From Vibrio campbellii CAIM 519 = NBRC 15631 = ATCC 25920 (lineage in GTDB: Bacteria > Pseudomonadota > Gammaproteobacteria > Enterobacterales > Vibrionaceae): a stretch of 64,000 nucleotides of DNA. The translations under genes and the position numbers were made by a program. Positions 49,592 to 59,654 of this stretch are shown here, piece by piece. The stretch spans positions 1 through 64,000 of the forward strand of contig NZ_CP015864.1 in the NCBI RefSeq assembly GCF_002163755.1, read 5' to 3'. The notes beneath the pieces were generated by a model. The model saw only the letters and a program-made list of their open reading frames with translations. It made no database searches and had not been told where the DNA came from. Each line of letters starts with the position of its first letter. Position 1 is the first letter of the stretch.

Positions 49592-52021
49592 TCAATAGAA
49601 GTCGGAAACTTGGTAGTTAAGTCCGCTTATCCAAAACTCATTGTCGAGATGCGCTTGCATCATTCTTTTTTGTTGGCCGTTTTCTAAAGTAATGAGATAG
49701 AGCCCAGACGTTAGCCCCTCCACCATATAAAAGCCATCCTCCTCAATCTTGCTTGAGAACTCCATATCATTGGCTATGTGTTTAAAGTGCAGGTAGCTGT
49801 TGCTTTCGAGTTGGCCTTCTATCACGCCATCAACGCCAAAAGAGGCGATCAAAACCACGGATATCTGTGTGATCCCTGCTTGGCGCGTATTTACGAGAAT
49901 GGGGTTGTGCTGCGTGGTTAAGTTAAGGTCGAGTGCACTTTCATCAACATAGATGGAGAGATTATCGTGGGCAGGAACTTGGTGAAAAACAAACTCGCCG
50001 TTTTCATCGCTCATGGCGAACTGATCGAGCACGCGCAAACTCACATTCGGGATTGCGTTGCCTTGTTGATCGACGACGGTACCAACGAGTTTTGCGAAAC
50101 TGTATTTGCTCCAATCTAATAGCTCGGCAATGTTTTCATCGAAATGGCTGCGAACCGCGGCTTCCGTCGTAAGCTCGACACCGTAATGTTCATGATTGCC
50201 AAACAGTTTGATTTTGAAGTTTGAGTTCACCCGAGCTTCGACCGTTGCGGACAATTCGAGATCAGTATTGTTATAGCTGGCAGACAGGTTCGACATAACT
50301 TCCTCGAAGTACTGCCCGTGGTTGAGCCAGCAATCGGTACAAATATTTCGTAATGAAGCTTCAGTCTGATCGAGAGAGCCGGATTTATCCCATGCCCCTT
50401 TCACACGCCATGAGGTATCTGAAAAGCCATTTTTGGCGAGTTCGATAGTGTGTAAGAATTCGTCGACATTCTCTTTCTTATCGTGGGTGTAATTAGATTC
50501 ATAGCGGAGAAAAAGATTACGAGCGACTTTCATACTGACTTGAGGCGAGATTTTATAGCCACCGTCTTCATGCCTTAGATCCAGATAGGCATTATAGTAA
50601 GCGCCTGAATAGCTGTATTTTAAGGCGTCGTACAAGTCGGAATTCCGTGTGAAATTCGCAGACTTGTTGAGCTCCAAGCTTAACGATTGGGCGCGGCCAA
50701 ACTGCATATCTAGCTCAATAGGGAAGCGCTGTAATTCAGGAATCCAACCCACTTGCATTGCCAACCAGTGGCTCGGAAGATATCGTGTTTGGAAAGCCAG
50801 CAGCGTGTCGTGATCCGCGATCAACGCGGTGGTTCCAAAGGTTAGATAGTCATCTATGCCATACTCGATGATACCCGCTCCAACTTTGGCGCCTTCAAAG
50901 TCGACGATGGCATCTACTCCCCACTTTCCTTTCGGAAGGAAACCGCCATCCAAGCCTGCGATAACGACTTCCTCTTGCTGCCAAACGCCTTTCGCCAAGT
51001 AATAGCGAAACGTGAGTGTGTCACCTGGCGCGATATTGTTTTCTTCGATGACAAAGCGCCCAAAATCATCAGAGCGATAGGAGCTTTGATAAATCCCGTT
51101 GACCAACACATCGATGTTGATGTTTGGCTGCGTTGTTCGTTCAAGTTGCAGATCGCCAAATTTAGGTGTTGTTTCATGATTGGTGTAGTGAACCCCATTT
51201 TCTAGAATCACAGGGTTGGAGTAGAGGCCGCCATCTAGTAACACATGCCCGAGTTCAACTTGATTACTATTGTTTGGTGGGGCGAGCGTGAAGTTGTAGT
51301 AAGCCACAGGTTGATCTTCCCGTGAGTCAATAGACAGCTGACCTATCCAGTTCTCAGTGCTCATCAGCGAGTCAGAGAGAAGGTATCCTCCTTCTTTGTT
51401 ATCGCTCTCATATGACGCGGTTGCGGAAAGGCGTGTGGAGAACCCCAACGTTGATAGCGGCCTGACCACAGGTTGTCTTGCTAGCTTTTCAAGTTGTTTG
51501 GCTTTTTCGCGAGAGTCGCGTTTTAACTTTTGAATTTCCTCTTCCAGCTCTGAGGGAGACTTATAGCCCTTGTCGATGATGAGTTGATAGTCTTCGATGT
51601 ACCATCGAGCTTTAACGGGTAAGCAATCGTTCAGGCTACGCCAGTGGATGAGCCATTCCTGTTCATAATTGAGGACCTGAATGGGCTGTTGTGGCGAGTT
51701 AGACCGGTAACACACACTGTGGGCTAGGTCGATAATGAAGGCCGGAGTCTCTCGTGCCATGTCCTGTGGCAAGTGAATTTCACATCGCTGTTGAACACAA
51801 TCTCCATGCATTTCTAATAAGTAAGCAATACTGCTCTCGATAGGCAGGTAGGGTTCCTCCTCATCGTCCATCATGACACGATAAAAACTGTCTCCTACAT
51901 TGCCTAACCGAACTTCAATGTGCGCAGGATACAAGGATAACTGCGATGGTTCGTTGGCGAATAATGGAAAAGAGAGGGCGAAGAGCATCGACAAACACAG
52001 CCCAATGTAACGTAGTCTCAT
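49592..52021 (-). CDS. Outer membrane usher of a sigma/archaic (Csu-type) chaperone-usher pilus
   Basis: 809 aa with a signal peptide. Sits downstream of the chaperone and two SCPU-domain subunit genes. Confidence 0.6.
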   Translation of the reverse strand: MRLRYIGLCLSMLFALSFPLFANEPSQLSLYPAHIEVRLGNVGDSFYRVMMDDEEEPYLPIESSIAYLLEMHGDCVQQRCEIHLPQDMARETPAFIIDLAHSVCYRSNSPQQPIQVLNYEQEWLIHWRSLNDCLPVKARWYIEDYQLIIDKGYKSPSELEEEIQKLKRDSREKAKQLEKLARQPVVRPLSTLGFSTRLSATASYESDNKEGGYLLSDSLMSTENWIGQLSIDSREDQPVAYYNFTLAPPNNSNQVELGHVLLDGGLYSNPVILENGVHYTNHETTPKFGDLQLERTTQPNINIDVLVNGIYQSSYRSDDFGRFVIEENNIAPGDTLTFRYYLAKGVWQQEEVVIAGLDGGFLPKGKWGVDAIVDFEGAKVGAGIIEYGIDDYLTFGTTALIADHDTLLAFQTRYLPSHWLAMQVGWIPELQRFPIELDMQFGRAQSLSLELNKSANFTRNSDLYDALKYSYSGAYYNAYLDLRHEDGGYKISPQVSMKVARNLFLRYESNYTHDKKENVDEFLHTIELAKNGFSDTSWRVKGAWDKSGSLDQTEASLRNICTDCWLNHGQYFEEVMSNLSASYNNTDLELSATVEARVNSNFKIKLFGNHEHYGVELTTEAAVRSHFDENIAELLDWSKYSFAKLVGTVVDQQGNAIPNVSLRVLDQFAMSDENGEFVFHQVPAHDNLSIYVDESALDLNLTTQHNPILVNTRQAGITQISVVLIASFGVDGVIEGQLESNSYLHFKHIANDMEFSSKIEEDGFYMVEGLTSGLYLITLENGQQKRMMQAHLDNEFWISGLNYQVSDFY

Positions 52022-52064
52022 TCTGGTTAGATTGGGCTCGGTGCGTGAATCGATGTAAGGTAGA

Positions 52065-52757
52065 TTACAAGGTACATTCGTGTAGTGATTGTTCGTCTTG
52101 TGTGATCAGAACTTTAGTCTTAGCCGGTAGCGATCTCACAAGCTCTGATTGTCTAAGTAGTACCAACTTTTCTTGAAGGTTTTCAGTGTTTAGCATCGCG
52201 TTAAATTGATATTTGCCTTTATTTTGAATGCGTAACTCGCCGCTTTCGCACTGGAAGGACACGTCTTGTTTTATCTCGCCACGTTGTGCATATACAGGGA
52301 TATAGCTGTTCACTCTGAAGTCGAGATTAAAAGAGGGGCCCGTGCTTTGGGAGTCTGTGGTTTGGCCTTGGGCCAACGTGATCGGAGAGAACCACAAATA
52401 CGCTCTATATTCACCATTGTCTTTATCTGCTGGTAAGGCGCTAAATCTCAAGCGAATGGTGCGTCGTTGGTTTGGCTTTAATTCACGAATGACAGGTGGA
52501 GAGACTTTAATCCACTCCGCAATATCTTCTGTTTGCGCGATGTTTTTATCGGTGCGGGTGACGCCTCTCAAAGTGATAGGGCGATAAACCGGTTTGATTT
52601 CAAGTCGAATGGGCTTGTCCGAGCTGTTTTCAACGATAATCTTCTCGGTCACTGACTGATCTGCATTCAGCACCAAGCGGGTCGGAGCAATCAACAGTTG
52701 CGCATGAATAGGTAGCGAGATGATCACTGTTGTCAGCAGTAGAATTAGGTGCTTCAT
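52065..52757 (-). CDS. Periplasmic pilus chaperone (CsuC-like)
   Basis: Signal peptide followed by IAPTRLVLNADQSVTEKIIVENSSDKPIRLEIK, the chaperone N-domain pattern. Confidence 0.6.
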   Translation of the reverse strand: MKHLILLLTTVIISLPIHAQLLIAPTRLVLNADQSVTEKIIVENSSDKPIRLEIKPVYRPITLRGVTRTDKNIAQTEDIAEWIKVSPPVIRELKPNQRRTIRLRFSALPADKDNGEYRAYLWFSPITLAQGQTTDSQSTGPSFNLDFRVNSYIPVYAQRGEIKQDVSFQCESGELRIQNKGKYQFNAMLNTENLQEKLVLLRQSELVRSLPAKTKVLITQDEQSLHECTL

Positions 52758-53188
52758 CGATAATTAACCTCAAAAGGAATGGTGCCAGAGTAGTTGCCAG
52801 CTGGAATTTTGGCGCCTATCCGAATCTTTGCGCCGATACATAACAATTTGCTTCTTCCATTGCTGTTTATTTTTGTGCGCCCGCGTTTAGATAAACCACA
52901 CCCATAAAAAATTCGACGTATCTTAATTTTTCGAGATGTCTTGTCATGATTAAGATATTGGTTATTAGGTACGGTGACGGTAATTTTTTTCCCTGGTTCA
53001 CCTTCAACATAAAAACGGACAACATACAGTTGATTGTGGGCAGGGCTAGAAACCGCATTTTGTCCTCGTCCAGATAAATATGTTCCTGGAAAAGAGATAC
53101 CCATATTTTCTGGTACGATCGTCAATGCCAAGCAACTTTGGTGGGTAAATAAAAATAACCATAAATAAAAAGCGACTTTTAATGGCAT
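52754..53188 (-). CDS. Spore-coat-U (SCPU) domain pilin, minor subunit
   Basis: 144 aa with a signal peptide and an SCPU-like beta-rich sequence. Overlaps the chaperone start. Confidence 0.45.
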   Translation of the reverse strand: MPLKVAFYLWLFLFTHQSCLALTIVPENMGISFPGTYLSGRGQNAVSSPAHNQLYVVRFYVEGEPGKKITVTVPNNQYLNHDKTSRKIKIRRIFYGCGLSKRGRTKINSNGRSKLLCIGAKIRIGAKIPAGNYSGTIPFEVNYR

Positions 53189-53254
53189 AAAATTCTTATA
53201 CTAATAATGGCGACAATATGTTATTGCCGCCATTTCATTAAACGATACTATTGA

Positions 53255-53689
53255 TTACTGGTAAGTAACATCAACTGGAACGCTTGCAGAGTACGTACCA
53301 GCAACAAGTGTCGCTGTTGATACTTCTGCTGTACCGCCAATTTTAAGCTCTGCTGTACCGCCTGTTAGCGTCAGTGTAGGAGAGAAATCAAAGGTCGCTG
53401 CAACGTTGTTTGCACCATTTACAAGGTTAGTACCAGCGATAGCAACATCAACGACTTCACCAGCACCGCCGTCGATAGTGAAGGTCGCAGCGCCAGCGTC
53501 GCCTTGAGCAATCACAATATCTGTCGTACGGTCTGAAGTGATAATACCGAAGTCAAGATTCGACGTTCTGGTCATAGTGATCGCTTGTTTTACTTCTAGA
53601 GTCGCGTCAAAAGTATCGCTCACGGCAAAAGCGTTCATTGATGAAAAGGTGAGAGCAGATAGCGCAGTAATTTTAACAAATGTATTCAT
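53255..53689 (-). CDS. Spore-coat-U (SCPU) domain major pilin (CsuA/B-like)
   Basis: Signal peptide ending AFA. Gly/Thr/Ala-rich 144-aa SCPU-type subunit. Long AT-rich promoter region upstream. Confidence 0.6.
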   Translation of the reverse strand: MNTFVKITALSALTFSSMNAFAVSDTFDATLEVKQAITMTRTSNLDFGIITSDRTTDIVIAQGDAGAATFTIDGGAGEVVDVAIAGTNLVNGANNVAATFDFSPTLTLTGGTAELKIGGTAEVSTATLVAGTYSASVPVDVTYQ

Positions 53690-54198
53690 TTATTTACCTG
53701 TTATGTTTTAGTGTGAGTAAAAATATCTTATGTTTATGGCAAATAACATGGGGGGTGGAATATTCACCATTTAAATAAGATACATATAAAGAATCATTTG
53801 TAAAAATTTTCCCACCATTAAGTTATAGATATATTAATAAGTTGAACAGTGGTCACAGAAGTTATTAGTGGTTGCTAATTAACCTAACCTATATTGGATT
53901 TTGATTATTTCTTATGAAGAAAACTTATAAACATTTAATCACTTGGTTGCATAAGGGTCCTTTATTTCGGATTTTAATATTCAATCTTTTAATTAATAGA
54001 TGTTTATTTTGTTTTCCTTCAGCTAGAATTAAAAATGAAAGAGTTTTTTATGTTATAACATTACATTTTGTACTAATACGCCGATAGCAATACTGTAGTC
54101 GAAATATCTAAGTTCACTGTTCTAAACGCTATATTGAAAAGGTGTCAGTACCATTGCAGAGGCGATTCCCAAAAGGTAAAGGGTCTGTTGAACAAAGT

Positions 54199-54909
54199 TC
54201 AGCCTTGCTTAGCATGGTCTAAGAAAGCTTGTGTGATGAGTTGGAACAAGGCATCCACGCTCGGTCTTTGTTCAATGTGGTTAAATAGGGGAGTGTGGAC
54301 ATCGCCGCGAATATGATCGGAATGGTCACACAATTGATTACACAGTTTTACCGGTTCAACGATTTTCTCGACATCGGTTTCAATAAGGATACAGGCTTGA
54401 GAAAGCACAACTTGTCCGCCGCCTTTCTTTAGTAATACGCGCTGTGCAGTCCCCACCACTTTTTGTCCATCGATGTTTAGGTTGTAGTCGCCATCACAGT
54501 AGGAATTTGGCGTTGCGTGTACGTCGACATTTACACCGAGCTGTTTGAAGAAGACGGTGAGCACGGAACACAAATCAAGGTATGCTTTCTTAATGTCGTA
54601 TGGCTGATCTTCTGGCCAATGGTAAATATGTGAGAGATTAATGATCCCCGGAACTTGCGGGACTGGTGCGCCCCCTGTTTTTCTTGAGAAGAGCTTCCAG
54701 TTTGTGTCTTTGAGGCCTTGTTCAAGTTCATCCGAAATAGGCCACTTCTTTCCTGCCGGAAGAACCAGTGTTGGGCTTTTCACCTGCCATAACAATAGCA
54801 CCTGAGAGAGTTGATCCGTTTGCACGAGTTTGATCAACTCATCTTCCTTGCTGAAGACATCCTCGACTTCAATGGATTGATAACGGATCAGTTTATTTTT
54901 GGAAGCCAA
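54199..54909 (-). CDS. Biotin/lipoate A/B protein ligase-family protein (LplA/LipB-like)
   Basis: Catalytic lysine motif GQKVVGTAQR, comparable with LplA GRKISGSAQ. Confidence 0.5.
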   Translation of the reverse strand: MASKNKLIRYQSIEVEDVFSKEDELIKLVQTDQLSQVLLLWQVKSPTLVLPAGKKWPISDELEQGLKDTNWKLFSRKTGGAPVPQVPGIINLSHIYHWPEDQPYDIKKAYLDLCSVLTVFFKQLGVNVDVHATPNSYCDGDYNLNIDGQKVVGTAQRVLLKKGGGQVVLSQACILIETDVEKIVEPVKLCNQLCDHSDHIRGDVHTPLFNHIEQRPSVDALFQLITQAFLDHAKQG

Positions 54910-55290
54910 ATTCAGTCCCTCTTTTTCATCTACTCTTCAGTTTTACTCCAATTTGCTCACAAAATCCAATGGCGCTCTCATTTTTGTGTATTTAATAATT
55001 GTGTTTTAAAACATGAGTTTAATATAGGTTTCTGTTATTCCTTCGATGATTGAGATGGATTATATTTATTGCAACTGTGCGTATGCAATGATTGTTGTGT
55101 AATCTTTTTCTCGTACCGTTACTACTACATCTGAAAAAGAGAATATTGCTATGAAAAAACATGGTGGGGGAAACTCAACCCAATGCGTATCAAAGCAGCA
55201 GAGTTAGGCGCGGATACGCTTTACTTGTATCAACCGCTAGGATTCTCTAGCTCAGTGACTATGTTCGCTAACGCATACTAGTGTAAAAAC

Positions 55291-55330
55291 TAAAAGAAAA
55301 GCAGACGTGATAGTCTGCTTTTTTGTTTTG
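55291..55330. terminator. Bidirectional intrinsic terminator
   Basis: AAGCAGAC-gtgata-GTCTGCTT with a T-run on the + side and T-rich on the - side. Most likely terminates the minus-strand gene ending at 55399. Confidence 0.6.
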
Positions 55331-55398
55331 ATATTTAATGTTATCTCTATCTGACGCAGTTATCGCCTAGTGCAATTACGGCTTAATGTAGCTACTGT

Positions 55399-56427
55399 CT
55401 AATTTAGCCCTGCGGTCGCCATCGCAACAGAATCCGTAAAGGATAGGGTGAAGGCTTCATCGGTGTTAAGCACTTTTGCAGGGAACTCTAAGCTCAATTT
55501 CATCTCTGGCGCCACTTCAGATTTAATACTCGTAATGAACTTACGTGTTTCACCCGGAGAGATACTCATCTCTGTGCCGCTATCTGGGCCAAGCTCGGCA
55601 ATACCGATGGTCGTCAGTCCGTTCCCTTCGCTATCGACGAGGCTGAGTAGCGACTCCGATTTATAAATCAACTCACCTTTATCGGTCTGATACGCTCTAA
55701 AAGTATTGAAGTTCGGCTGTAATTCACCGTCAGTAGCTAGGTTAGTCACAGAGAAGGTGATGTTGGAGCCATCAAACTTCTCGACTCTTACCAGTACGTT
55801 AGCATCTTGATAGCGTGCGGCCGCCGCTGCGGCTGCCATCTCTCGCTGTCTTTCTTTCTCACGTTCTATTTCTGCCGCATGCGCTTTTTCGGCTTCAATC
55901 CGTGCTTCTGCGATTGTGTACGACTTATCAACCATGGCCAATAGAGCAGGAATAGAGTAGGCAGACAGACCTTCTAAGTGGTCAAAATCAATCTTGGCGT
56001 TGGTTGTTAGCTTGTTGGTCGAGAACTGACAATGTCCGTCGATAAGGCTTACAAACGCGACTTCAAACGTTTTTTGTAACTTGCTTACCTCTACGCCGGC
56101 TTTCTCGATGTTTTCGCGCACTTGCTGGATTTCTTCTAGTGACTTCTTCGGCAGCAAGCCGTTTGGAGAAACATCGTTAGAAACAGAGACCAGCGCTTCT
56201 GTGACGAATGGGTTGTTCTTTGCTGGAACAACGGTCGTGACTAGGTTGGATTGCGTGATGTCTTCACCCAACAGCACGGTCATTTTTTGAGACACGGCGG
56301 TTTTGTTACCTGCTAGTACGTCGCTACAGTTTGGTGAATTGCTCGCGTGTGCTACTTGCATGGCTGCGAGTGAAAGTATGGTGGACAAGCCTGTGACAAC
56401 AAGTCCTTTCGATGGTCGAATGTTCAT
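55399..56427 (-). CDS. Secreted hypothetical protein with a central charged coiled-coil
   Basis: Signal peptide from MNIRPSKGLVVTGLSTILSLAAMQVAHA. No family recognised. Confidence 0.4.
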   Translation of the reverse strand: MNIRPSKGLVVTGLSTILSLAAMQVAHASNSPNCSDVLAGNKTAVSQKMTVLLGEDITQSNLVTTVVPAKNNPFVTEALVSVSNDVSPNGLLPKKSLEEIQQVRENIEKAGVEVSKLQKTFEVAFVSLIDGHCQFSTNKLTTNAKIDFDHLEGLSAYSIPALLAMVDKSYTIAEARIEAEKAHAAEIEREKERQREMAAAAAAARYQDANVLVRVEKFDGSNITFSVTNLATDGELQPNFNTFRAYQTDKGELIYKSESLLSLVDSEGNGLTTIGIAELGPDSGTEMSISPGETRKFITSIKSEVAPEMKLSLEFPAKVLNTDEAFTLSFTDSVAMATAGLN

Positions 56428-56863
56428 CCTGATAAACCCCTCTGTAATATGATGCGCTAAGCCGACGTGTATAAGTCCAATCACGGATTGGTGTAGCGAC
56501 ATTCAGAATGGTTGTAGTTGCGTCCTTGCGGCGTTCATCTTCACAGACTGCTTTGCTGATGGTTTCAGCGCAACTTTTGATAGTGATAAGCCCTCATGAT
56601 CAAAAGTGTTTGAATTCGCAGATGATGCGACAAGGTCGATGCCTTTTTTCTGAAAGATAGACGTAACTTTTCAAGGCTTCAAATTTGTGATCAAGGTCTC
56701 TTTTTTGCGATCGTTAGAGGATCAAGCGAAAACAGACACTTAACGTAGAGAGTTGATTTTGAGAGAAAAAAATAAATTTTTTTGGGAACTTTTTGAAACG
56801 CTGCCTTCGAGACTTAATTCGCATCTCAAAGGCAGGTATTTGGATTCTAAGGTGTAATTTATA

Positions 56864-58012
56864 TTACAGCGCGTTCAGTACGTCGGCTAAACGAGTCACG
56901 GCAACTTTGAGCTCTTCAGGCGTTGCGTTGGTGAAGTTGAGGCGCAGCGCTGCTTTTACTTCTGATCCTTCTGGATAGAACACTGGGCTAGGTACAACAG
57001 CCACACCGTTCGCAAGCAATGATTTTGCTAGTTCAAAGGTATCGCATTCTGGAATTTCCACCCATACGAACATGCCACCATCAACAGGTTTCAATACACA
57101 ATTGCTAGGAAGCTGTTTTTCTAGCTCGGCGTACATGACATCGTAACGCGACATGTAGAGCTCACAAATGGTGCTGATGTGGGTTTCAAAGTTATCGTGT
57201 TGAAGCAGACCGTGCAACAGTGCTTGCATTGGTACGCTAGAATGCAGATCCGCACCCTGTTTGATTTTAATCAGCGGTTCTAGATAGCTGCTTTTACCCG
57301 TCACCACACCAATGCGAAGACCCGGAGAAGCGATCTTAGAGAATGAACGTAGCACGATAGAATGCTGAGGACAGAAATCGGAGACAAGCGGCAGTGCTTC
57401 ACCAGAGAAACGCAACTCACGGTAAGGCGCGTCTTCAATAAAAGCGACGTTGTATTGAATACAAAGCTCTGCGACTTTTTGACGCGTTTCTAGCGCCCAG
57501 CAAACCCCTGTTGGGTTATGGAAATCGGGTACAGCGTAGAACATCTTCGGTTTTTGTTCTGCAAAGCATTGCTCTAGCTCTTCAAGGTTTGGACCAAATT
57601 CTGTTTGAGAGACAGTCACGATGTCTGCCTGAACCAAACCAAACACCTGCATTGCACCAAGGTAGCTTGGTGCCTCCATCACGACTTTATCACCTGGGTT
57701 TACATAAGCACGTGCAATCAGATCTAGGCCTTGCTGAGAGCCTGTGGTGATCATTGCGGCGTGTGTCTCAGGCAGTTTGAAGTAGCCGTTTAGGAACTCT
57801 AACAGTGGTGCGTAGCCTGCCGTTGAGCCGTATTGAAAAACTTCAGGCATGTTTGCCAAGTTTTCTAAAGTCGGCTTCATTAAGTCGATAGGGAAGGTCT
57901 TTTCATCGGGCAAACCGCCAGCAAGCGAGATGACGTTTTTATCGCTAGCGGCAGCAAGGATCTCTCGAATGTACGATGACTTTACTTGTTGTAGTGACTG
58001 TGCGATTTCCAT
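56864..58012 (-). CDS. PLP-dependent aminotransferase (class I/II fold, 2-aminoadipate/MocR-type catalytic domain)
   Basis: SYIREIL N-terminal motif. PLP-lysine region SFSKIASPGLRIG. Confidence 0.7.
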   Translation of the reverse strand: MEIAQSLQQVKSSYIREILAAASDKNVISLAGGLPDEKTFPIDLMKPTLENLANMPEVFQYGSTAGYAPLLEFLNGYFKLPETHAAMITTGSQQGLDLIARAYVNPGDKVVMEAPSYLGAMQVFGLVQADIVTVSQTEFGPNLEELEQCFAEQKPKMFYAVPDFHNPTGVCWALETRQKVAELCIQYNVAFIEDAPYRELRFSGEALPLVSDFCPQHSIVLRSFSKIASPGLRIGVVTGKSSYLEPLIKIKQGADLHSSVPMQALLHGLLQHDNFETHISTICELYMSRYDVMYAELEKQLPSNCVLKPVDGGMFVWVEIPECDTFELAKSLLANGVAVVPSPVFYPEGSEVKAALRLNFTNATPEELKVAVTRLADVLNAL

Positions 58013-58143
58013 GCGTTGTGCTTCTCGTATTTTTTTAATTTTGGTTTTAGTTGAAAGATATTATATGGGAATTGCTAAACTTGGTGTGTCCATTTATGCT
58101 GTTAAACATGTCCATTTATGCTATTTAAGTAAAACGCCCACTT

Positions 58144-59013
58144 ATGAGCCAGCAACAGGTTTCCAGAATCAATGATGTGTTGTTCTATATTCATCAAGAC
58201 ATCGGTAGAGAATTATCCGCCAAAGATCTGGCTGATGTAGCAGCGTATTCTGAGCAGCACTTCCACCGTATTTTTAAAGACGTTGTTGGGGAGTCAATTC
58301 ACCAATACGTTCGTCGCACCCGAATGGAATACGCTGCAAACCAGTTGATGTTTGATACCAAATCATCGGTATTGGAGATTGCCAATAAGTGTGGTTTCAG
58401 CTCGGTGTCTTCGTTCAGCCGTGCGTTTAAAGCCACGTTTGATATGTCTCCCGGCGCTTGGCGTAAGCACGATTTGCAAGTCGCTGAGAAGCCATACCTC
58501 AAAGACCCAGAAGTGGCGGCGGGTTACCATCGAGTCGCGAAGCGTACCTTACCGGAGCCAAAGATAGTTGAAGTGCCACAACGCTTTGCTGCTTACGTTC
58601 GTCATGAAGGCTACAACCGTTCTATTCGCAATGCTTGGTTGGTGCTAAAAGCTTGGGCGAACTCAGAGCATCGTGACTTTTCCACCCAATACGGTTTGCA
58701 TCATTCTAATCCTGCTTGGGTTGAGTTAGATAAATGCCGCTACGTTGCTTGTATGGCAATTGATAAGCCGCTTAAGTATCGTGGCGTTGTGAATCAAATG
58801 AGCATTCCGGGTGGCTTACATGCGGTATTTCGACTTACTGGGGTGTATGGTGAATTGCTGCCGCAGATCAGTATGGTATTAGAGAAATGGCTGCCCAATT
58901 CGGGCTTCAAACAACGTTCGACACCAGCCTACGTGCACTACCATAAAAACCATTTCCTCAATCATGAAGAGGCGTTCGAGTTAGATTTCTATTTACCGAT
59001 CAGCTTCTTTTAG
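58144..59013 (+). CDS. AraC-family regulator with a GyrI-like C-terminal effector-binding domain
   Basis: N-terminal AraC HTH pair. C-terminal GyrI-like small-molecule-binding region. Divergent from the aminotransferase gene. Confidence 0.75.
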   Translation: MSQQQVSRINDVLFYIHQDIGRELSAKDLADVAAYSEQHFHRIFKDVVGESIHQYVRRTRMEYAANQLMFDTKSSVLEIANKCGFSSVSSFSRAFKATFDMSPGAWRKHDLQVAEKPYLKDPEVAAGYHRVAKRTLPEPKIVEVPQRFAAYVRHEGYNRSIRNAWLVLKAWANSEHRDFSTQYGLHHSNPAWVELDKCRYVACMAIDKPLKYRGVVNQMSIPGGLHAVFRLTGVYGELLPQISMVLEKWLPNSGFKQRSTPAYVHYHKNHFLNHEEAFELDFYLPISFF

Positions 59014-59247
59014 CGAAAAATAGCGAAGCCATAAAGTAGGCTTTTAACGGATGAGAAAAGCCCACGATCTGCTTGTTTTATAGATACGTTTGTAAATAGA
59101 TGACAAACGGATGAAGTTATAAAATGTCGGTCAAAATGTGCTCAAATCGACAATTTCCCTTTGGCTGAAATGCTATGGTGGCTTTAAGCGTTGCTTAGGA
59201 ATTAAGCAGCTTATTTAACTAAAATGTACTCAGCCAAAGAGGTCTCT

Positions 59248-59487
59248 ATGTTAGGTGAAAATCACTCATTAACTCATGAATTCCCAGAACATTTGGATAC
59301 CATCACTCAACTGACGGCAAACGACAGCGCGTTTGCTGAAAATGCAAAAAACTACAACCAGCTCGACAAAGAAATCCGCGAACTCGAATTGCAAGGAAAC
59401 CCAATCGACGACCATGAAATGAACACACTCAAACACAACAGAGCGGAGCTAAAAGACTGGCTCTCCTCAAAAATTATGAGCGCATAA
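59248..59487 (+). CDS. DUF465 (YdcH-like) protein
   Basis: Short charged helical protein (LTANDSAFAENAKNYNQLDKEIRELE). AAAGAGG RBS before the internal Met. Confidence 0.55.
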   Translation: MLGENHSLTHEFPEHLDTITQLTANDSAFAENAKNYNQLDKEIRELELQGNPIDDHEMNTLKHNRAELKDWLSSKIMSA

Positions 59488-59574
59488 TTTAACGGTTATG
59501 TTTCATGGATAGCGGCTCGGTGATTCGAGCCGTTCTTGTGTTTCGCCTCGATTACTTGATAGGAACGGCTTAAC

Positions 59575-59654
59575 TAATTTATGGTTTAGTTAACTTACGG
59601 CTCAGCTAATTCACGGTTTAGCTAACTTAAGGCCTAGTTAACTTATAGGTAAGT
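59575..59654. repeat. 5 x 16-bp imperfect tandem repeat (consensus TAAyTTAyrGbyyAGy)
   Basis: Units at 59575, 59591, 59607, 59623 and 59639. Unit junctions form AGTTAACT/AGCTAACT palindromes. Overlaps the 3' end of the cupin ORF. Confidence 0.7.

Noticed and set aside
55142-55330. Possible small ORFs (18 and 32 aa) or an sRNA on the plus strand ending at a strong hairpin terminator
   Set aside because: The terminator is bidirectional. It is best explained as the terminator of the convergent minus-strand gene ending at 55399. The small ORFs have weak signals.
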